Shown here: positions 58,837-64,000 of the stretch, one piece after another | Position numbering within the stretch: the first letter of the stretch is position 1 | How the letters are laid out: each line of letters starts with the position of its first letter | Assembly (NCBI GenBank): GCA_963727485.1 | Contig: CAVSGM010000001.1 | Coordinates: 800,001-864,000, forward strand | From: an uncultured delta proteobacterium | Lineage (GTDB): Bacteria; Myxococcota; Myxococcia; SLRQ01 | Direction: 5' to 3' | DNA: 64,000 nt | Made by a program: the position numbers and the translations under genes | Notes under the pieces: model-generated | Told to the model about the DNA's origin: nothing | The model's input: the letters and a program-made list of their open reading frames with translations, nothing else | The model's database searches: none

Positions 58837-59497
58837 TCGGGTGTGCCCGGGTGCCGTCCCCCAGGGGGCGGCGCGCGGCCGGATCCCGGGGAATCCGCCG
58901 GGGTCCGCCCCGGGTCGCCCGGCCCACGTAGTAGCCCGCGGACGCCACGCCGGCCACGGCGGCGGCGACGCAGAGGGCGAGGTCCGCCGTGAGCTCGAGG
59001 CGCACGGCGACCAGGGCGGTGAACTGCAGCCCGGTGGCCACCTTGCCCGGGATGCCCGCGGTGTAGTCGAGGGCCAGGCGCCGCTTGAGCGCCGGCACCA
59101 GGTGGTAGACGCCCACCAGGGGCACCTGGAGCAGCTCCCGCGCCGCCACCAGGGCGAGCAGCCACCAGGGCGGCCCCACCGCGACGAAGACCACCCCCAG
59201 GGTGCTCATCACGAAGACCTTGTCGCAGACCGGGTCCAGCCAGGCCCCGGTGGACGCCGGCGTGGCCACCCGCCCCGGGTCGCGCCCGGCGGCGAGGCGG
59301 CGGGCCCGGAGACGGCGGGCCGCCCACCCGTCGAGGACGTCGGTGACGCCGGCGGCGGCGACGGTCCCCAGGAGGAGCCAGAGGTCCCGGGGATCGACCC
59401 AGGGCAGCGCCGCGAGGGGCAGCCGCGATAGGGTGAGGAGGTTGGGCGCGGTGAGCCAGGGCTCGCCCCCACGCCGCGATGGACTGGATGCGCTCAA
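58805..59497 (-). CDS. CDP-alcohol phosphatidyltransferase family protein
   Basis: PNLLTLSRL, TDVLDGWAAR..GAWLDPVCDK, RELL, GKVATGLQ. Confidence 0.88.
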   Translation of the reverse strand: MSASSPSRRGGEPWLTAPNLLTLSRLPLAALPWVDPRDLWLLLGTVAAAGVTDVLDGWAARRLRARRLAAGRDPGRVATPASTGAWLDPVCDKVFVMSTLGVVFVAVGPPWWLLALVAARELLQVPLVGVYHLVPALKRRLALDYTAGIPGKVATGLQFTALVAVRLELTADLALCVAAAVAGVASAGYYVGRATRGGPRRIPRDPAARRPLGDGTRAHPIRPRRPDRRG

Positions 59498-59550
59498 CAG
59501 CTACGTTCTAGGCATGGGGTCGCCTCGGGGCCCGGGAAGGAAGCCTGCGC

Positions 59551-61029
59551 ATGATCCACCTCGTCGACCCCGAAGAGGGCATCGCTCTCGCCGACTACGC
59601 CGGCTACGCCCACCTCGCCCAGTCGGTGGCCGAGCTCAAGGCCGAGGCCGCCCGGCTGGTGCCGGCGCTCGAGGGCCGCACCGTGTGGATGGTCAACTCC
59701 ACCGCGCAGGGCGGTGGCGTCGCCGAGATGCTCCCCCGGCTCCTGGGGATCCTCCGGGACCTGGGCGTCGACGCCAGGTGGGCGGTGATGGGCTCGAGCG
59801 ACCCGGCGTTCTTCGAGCTCACCAAGCGCATCCACAACCTCATCCACGGCAGCGGCGAGCCCCACTTCTCCCGGGCGGACCGCAAGCGCTACGAGGCGGT
59901 GAGCCGGGAGAACGCCGACGACCTCCTCGGCCGGGTGAAGGCCGACGACGTCCTGGTGATCCACGATCCCCAGCCGCTGGGGGCCGGGGCGATGGTCAAG
60001 GCGGCCCTGGGGCTCCCGGCGGTGTGGCGCTGCCACATCGGCCTCGACGACCGCACCCGACAGACCGAGGCGGTGTGGAAGTTCCTCGAGCCCTTCGCCG
60101 AGGCCTACGACCACGCGGTGTTCTCGGCGCCCGAGTACATCCCCGACTTCCTCGCCGGCCGGGCCTCGATCCTCCACCCGGCGGTGGACCCGCTCTCCCA
60201 CAAGAACCGGGAGCTGGCGCCCCACAAGCTCATGGGCGTCCTGGTGAACGCCGGGCTCGCCGAGGCCCACGCCCCGGTGGTGACCCCGCCCTTCGCCCAC
60301 CTCGCCCGGCGGCTCTCCCCCGAGGGCCGGTGGGAGCCGGCGAGTGAGTGGGAGGAGATCGGCCTGGTCTACCGGCCGGTGGTCCTCCAGGTCTCCCGGT
60401 GGGATCGGCTCAAGGGCTTCGAGCCCCTCCTCGAGGCCTTCGTGCGGCTCAAGGCCCGGGCGTTGGCGGAGACCGACACCCGCCACCGGCGGCGCCTCGA
60501 GCTGTTGCGCCTGGTCTTCGCCGGGGCCGAGCCCGCGGCGGTCGCCGACGACCCCGAGGCCCTGGAGGTCCTCGAGGGGCTGGTGGCGCGGTACCGGGAC
60601 CTGGACCCGGCGCTCCAGAAGGACGTGGCCCTGGTGACCCTGCCCATGACCTCGGCGAAGGAGAACGCCCTGATGGTCAACGCCCTCCAGCGCTGCGCCA
60701 CGGTGGGGGTCCAGAACTCCCTGCGCGAGGGCTTTGGCCTGACCTGCACCGAGGCGATGTGGAAGCGGGTGCCGGTGGTGGTCTCCAGCGCCTGCGGGCT
60801 GCGCCAGCAGGTGCGCCCGGGCCTCGACGGGGAGATCGTCCAGGATCCCACCGATCCCGACGCCGTGGCCGACGCCCTGGACAAGGTGCTCCGGGACACG
60901 GTGGCCAGGGACCACCTGGGCCGCAGCGCCCAGCGCCGGGTCTACGACGCCTTCCTGGTCTTCGCCCAGGCGCGCAGATGGCTGGAGACCCTGGCGGCGC
61001 GGGTCGAGGCGGCGCGCGCGGCCGGATAG
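59551..61029 (+). CDS. treT: Trehalose glycosyltransferring synthase (GT4)
   Basis: VNSTAQGGGVAEML, TKRIHN, IHDPQP, WRCHI, QVSRWDRLKG, QNSLREGFGLT.TEAMWK. Confidence 0.85.
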   Translation: MIHLVDPEEGIALADYAGYAHLAQSVAELKAEAARLVPALEGRTVWMVNSTAQGGGVAEMLPRLLGILRDLGVDARWAVMGSSDPAFFELTKRIHNLIHGSGEPHFSRADRKRYEAVSRENADDLLGRVKADDVLVIHDPQPLGAGAMVKAALGLPAVWRCHIGLDDRTRQTEAVWKFLEPFAEAYDHAVFSAPEYIPDFLAGRASILHPAVDPLSHKNRELAPHKLMGVLVNAGLAEAHAPVVTPPFAHLARRLSPEGRWEPASEWEEIGLVYRPVVLQVSRWDRLKGFEPLLEAFVRLKARALAETDTRHRRRLELLRLVFAGAEPAAVADDPEALEVLEGLVARYRDLDPALQKDVALVTLPMTSAKENALMVNALQRCATVGVQNSLREGFGLTCTEAMWKRVPVVVSSACGLRQQVRPGLDGEIVQDPTDPDAVADALDKVLRDTVARDHLGRSAQRRVYDAFLVFAQARRWLETLAARVEAARAAG

Positions 61030-61880
61030 CTGGCCCCGAGGACCGCGGCCAGGACCAGGCCCGCCCCGGCGGCCTCCCGGGCGTGGAGGGTCTCGCCGAG
61101 AAGCGCCCAGGAGAACCCGAAGGCGAAGACCGGCTCGGTGGCCAGGAGCAGGGCCGCGCGCGCCGGGTCGGTGCGCCCCTGGAACCGGGTCTGGAGCCAG
61201 AAGCAGGCGACGGTGGCCCCCAGGGCGGTGAAGGCCACGGCGACGATGACCGGGGTCGACGCCAGGGTCCCGGTCCCGGGACCGGCCAGCGGGAGCCAGC
61301 CGGCGGCGACCACCGCCAGGCCCGCCACCTGGAGGAAGGCGAGGGCGAGGGCGTCGTGGCCCTGGTCCAGGACGCTGTGGAGGGCCAGGAGGTAGACGGC
61401 GTAGCCGGCGGCGCAGGCCAGGGCCTCGAGATCGCCGGCGGTGAGCCCGCCGCCCACGGGGTCGGTCAGCAGCCAGAGGCCGCCGGTGGCCACCGCCGCG
61501 AAGACCAGGTCGATGGCCCGGGGGCGGCCCCGGCCGAAGAGGGGCGCCAGCAGCGGCACCGCGACCACGTTGGTGCCGGTGATGAACGCCACCCGGCTGG
61601 GGTCGGTGGTCTTCAGGGCCAGGGTCTGGGTGAGGTAGGCGGCGTAGGCGAGCGCCCCGAGGGCGAGGCCCGGGACCAGCGCCCGGCGCAGGGCCCGGCG
61701 CGACCGGGGGCGCAGGGCCAGGAGCGGCAGGAAGGCCACCGCCGCCACCGCGAACCGGGCCACCAGGAACCGCGCCGGGTCCACGTCGGCGAGCGCCGAG
61801 TGCACCAGGGGAAAGGTCAGGCCCCAGAGGGCGGCCACCCCGAGGAGCGCCCCCTCGGCGCCGCGGCGGCCGAAGGTCAC
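60942..61880 (-). CDS. EamA/DMT-family transporter
   Basis: LWGLTF, ARFAVA, AFITGTNVV.VP, GDL, Q..TDPARAALLLATEPVFA; 3' end overlaps treT convergently. Confidence 0.87.
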   Translation of the reverse strand: MTFGRRGAEGALLGVAALWGLTFPLVHSALADVDPARFLVARFAVAAVAFLPLLALRPRSRRALRRALVPGLALGALAYAAYLTQTLALKTTDPSRVAFITGTNVVAVPLLAPLFGRGRPRAIDLVFAAVATGGLWLLTDPVGGGLTAGDLEALACAAGYAVYLLALHSVLDQGHDALALAFLQVAGLAVVAAGWLPLAGPGTGTLASTPVIVAVAFTALGATVACFWLQTRFQGRTDPARAALLLATEPVFAFGFSWALLGETLHAREAAGAGLVLAAVLGASYPAARAASTRAARVSSHLRAWAKTRKAS

Positions 61881-64000
61881 GTCCCGATCCCGAGCAGCTC
61901 GAGGAGGGGGCCGGCATCCTCCCCCGGGGGCGGGACCTCGAGGCGGGCGCGCAGGGCCCAGTCGTCGTCGCCCTCGGGGTCGAGGATCCGGTGCTGCACC
62001 TCGTACTGCCTCGGGCCGAGGGCCGTGAGCACGGTGTTGTTCGCCAGGCGCGCCCGGGGGGTGAGGTCCACGGCGGCGTGGGCCTCGAAGAACGGCGCCA
62101 TCGCCGCCTCGAGGTCGGCGGCGGTGAAGCCCTCGCCCTCGAGGGCCGCCAGCGCCCCGGCGTAGTCGCGGTCCGCCAGGCGGCGGACCACCGCGTGGCA
62201 CTCCACCCGGACCCGGGCGGCCAGGGCCTTGGGGTCGGCGGCGAGGTCCGGGGGCAGGGGCGGCGGCGGGGCCTCGGCGTCCCGGCGCACCACGGCGGTG
62301 CCGTCGCGCATCGCCTCCCACTCGGCCAGGAGGCTGGCGTCGACCGCGGCGATGGTCTGCCGCAGCCACACCAGGATGTCCCCGAGCTCCTCGGAGCGGA
62401 ACGACTCGGGGACGGTCCGCAGCAGCGTCTTGTAGGCGTCGCCGAGGTAGCGGAGCAGCACCCCCTCGCTCCGGGCCAGGCCGTAGGCGCGCACGTAGTC
62501 GTTGAACCCCGTGGCCTGCTCCACCATCTCCCGGGCGATGGACTTGGGCTTCAGGTGCTCGCCCGAGATCCAGGGGTGGCGCGCCTCGAAGGCGTCGAAG
62601 CTGGCGTAGACCAGCTCGGCCAGGGGCTTGGGGTGGTCGATCTTCTGGAGCTCGGCCATCCGGTCCTCGTAGTCGACGCCGGCGGCCTTGAGCTCGGCGA
62701 CCTTCTCGCCCTTCAGCTTGCTGACCTGCGCCCGGAGGATGACCATCGGGGTCTCGAGCATCGCCTCCACCAGCGAGAGCAGGTCCAGGGCGTAGCTCGG
62801 CGCGTCGGGGTCGAGGTGGCCCAGCGCGTCGAGGAGCCACAGGGCCAGGGTGTGGTGGATGGAGAAGTCGGCCTGCAGGGTGTCCGTGACCGCGACCTTC
62901 GGCCCGGGCTGCACGTCGATGATCCCGGCGTGGCGGAGGCTGCGGAAGCGCTGGGCGGCGACGCGCTTGAGGCGCCGACGCTCCGGGTCGCGGACGTGGG
63001 CCCGGCCGAGGAGCTCGAGGAGGCGCCGGTAGCCGCCGTCCTTGGACCCCGGGTCGCTCTGGAGCACCTCCACCAGCATCCCGTGGGTCACGTTGAACAC
63101 CGGCTCCAGGGGCTCCGGGGGCCGGGTGGTGAGCTGCTCGAAGGTCGACTTGTCCCAGTTCACGAACCCGCGCTCCGGGGGCTTCTTCTTGGGGCGCTTC
63201 TTCTTGAGCTCCGGACGCGCGGCGATCTTGGCGTCGAGGCGCCGGTTCTCGATGACGTGCTCGGGGGCCTGCACCACCACCCGGCCGTGGTCGTCGAAGC
63301 CCTTGCGCCCGGCGCGGCCGGCGACCTGGCGGAACTCGCGCACGCTCAAGAGCCGGGTCTTCTCGCCGTCGTACTTGCACAGCTGGTGCAGCAGCACGGT
63401 GCGGATGGGGATGTTGACGCCGACGCCGAGGGTGTCGGTGCCGCTGATGACCTTGAGCAGCCCCGCCTGGGCCAGACGCTCGACCAGCCGCCGGTACTTG
63501 GGGATGAGCCCACCGTGATGCAGCCCGATGCCGGCGCGGAGGTAGCGCCTCAAGTCCTTGCCGTGGGGGGTGTCGAAGGCGAAGTCGCCGATGGCCCCGG
63601 CGACGGCGCGCTTCTCGTCCTTGGAGAGCAGGTCGACGCTGGTGAGGTCCTGGGCCCGCTCGGCGGCGGCGCGCTGGGTGAAGCTGACCAGGTAGATGGG
63701 CGCCTCGTCGCGCTCGAGGAGCTCGGCGATGGTCTCGTGGAGCGGGGTCTCCCGGTACTCGAAGGACAGCGGCACCGGGCGCTCGTGGCTGCGGACCACG
63801 GCGACCTCGCGGCCGGTGAAGGCGGCGAGGCGCTCCTCGATGGGCGCGGTGTTGCCCAGCGTCGCCGACATCAGGAGGAAGCGCGCCTCGGGCAGCGCGA
63901 TGAGCGGCAGGTGCCAGGCCACGCCCCGGTCCCGGTCGGCGTAGTAGTGGAACTCGTCGAGGACCACCTCGTCGATGCCGGTCTCCCCGCGCAGCGCCGC
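61877..64000 (-). CDS. Ski2-like DEAD/DEAH helicase with DUF3516-type C-terminus, 5' end outside window
   Basis: LDEFHYY, LMSATLG, GIGLHHGG, GTDTLGVGVNIP, QVAGRAGRKGFD, RSEGVLLRYL. Confidence 0.9.
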   Translation of the reverse strand, partial: AALRGETGIDEVVLDEFHYYADRDRGVAWHLPLIALPEARFLLMSATLGNTAPIEERLAAFTGREVAVVRSHERPVPLSFEYRETPLHETIAELLERDEAPIYLVSFTQRAAAERAQDLTSVDLLSKDEKRAVAGAIGDFAFDTPHGKDLRRYLRAGIGLHHGGLIPKYRRLVERLAQAGLLKVISGTDTLGVGVNIPIRTVLLHQLCKYDGEKTRLLSVREFRQVAGRAGRKGFDDHGRVVVQAPEHVIENRRLDAKIAARPELKKKRPKKKPPERGFVNWDKSTFEQLTTRPPEPLEPVFNVTHGMLVEVLQSDPGSKDGGYRRLLELLGRAHVRDPERRRLKRVAAQRFRSLRHAGIIDVQPGPKVAVTDTLQADFSIHHTLALWLLDALGHLDPDAPSYALDLLSLVEAMLETPMVILRAQVSKLKGEKVAELKAAGVDYEDRMAELQKIDHPKPLAELVYASFDAFEARHPWISGEHLKPKSIAREMVEQATGFNDYVRAYGLARSEGVLLRYLGDAYKTLLRTVPESFRSEELGDILVWLRQTIAAVDASLLAEWEAMRDGTAVVRRDAEAPPPPLPPDLAADPKALAARVRVECHAVVRRLADRDYAGALAALEGEGFTAADLEAAMAPFFEAHAAVDLTPRARLANNTVLTALGPRQYEVQHRILDPEGDDDWALRARLEVPPPGEDAGPLLELLGIGT

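Noticed and set aside
60942..61029. 88-nt convergent overlap of EamA and treT as antisense regulation
   Set aside because: Stop-codon scarcity at high GC explains it; similar short convergent overlaps occur at 1446-1483, 45530-45549 and 58805-58836

Overview
Very GC-rich bacterial chromosomal segment. The gene content (PilZ protein, membrane Ser/Thr kinase, stand-alone sigma70-region-4 protein, DUF3516 helicase, TSP3-repeat lipoprotein) suggests Myxococcota/deltaproteobacteria; this is inference. About 60 genes are densely packed, and I found no rRNA, tRNA, CRISPR array, transposase or phage genes. Main blocks: maoC-pntAA-pntAB-pntB transhydrogenase; cysK and speD-speE; OmpA/MscS; two Hsp20 genes; an alpha-glucan utilisation locus (three lipoprotein GH13 enzymes, a divergent LamB-like porin, MalK, a MalE-MalF fusion, MalG) interrupted by a DUF4178/DUF350/speE-like operon; an SPFH gene plus nfeD-floA-yqfB-like genes; peptidases (S66, M13, a catalytically dead rhomboid); treT; and a partial helicase. 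The best candidate for an undescribed system is at 50.6-55.6 kb, a four-gene translationally coupled operon: an orphan histidine kinase with an HNOB/V4R-like sensor, a ThDP acyloin-synthase-like enzyme, and two citrate-synthase-fold proteins lacking the canonical catalytic residues. It is followed by a dodecin/avidin pair and a desaturase/methyltransferase/ACP cassette. About ten single-base indels split otherwise intact genes and are most likely assembly errors; three fall at GATC sites. All family assignments are from motif recognition by eye, with no database searches run.
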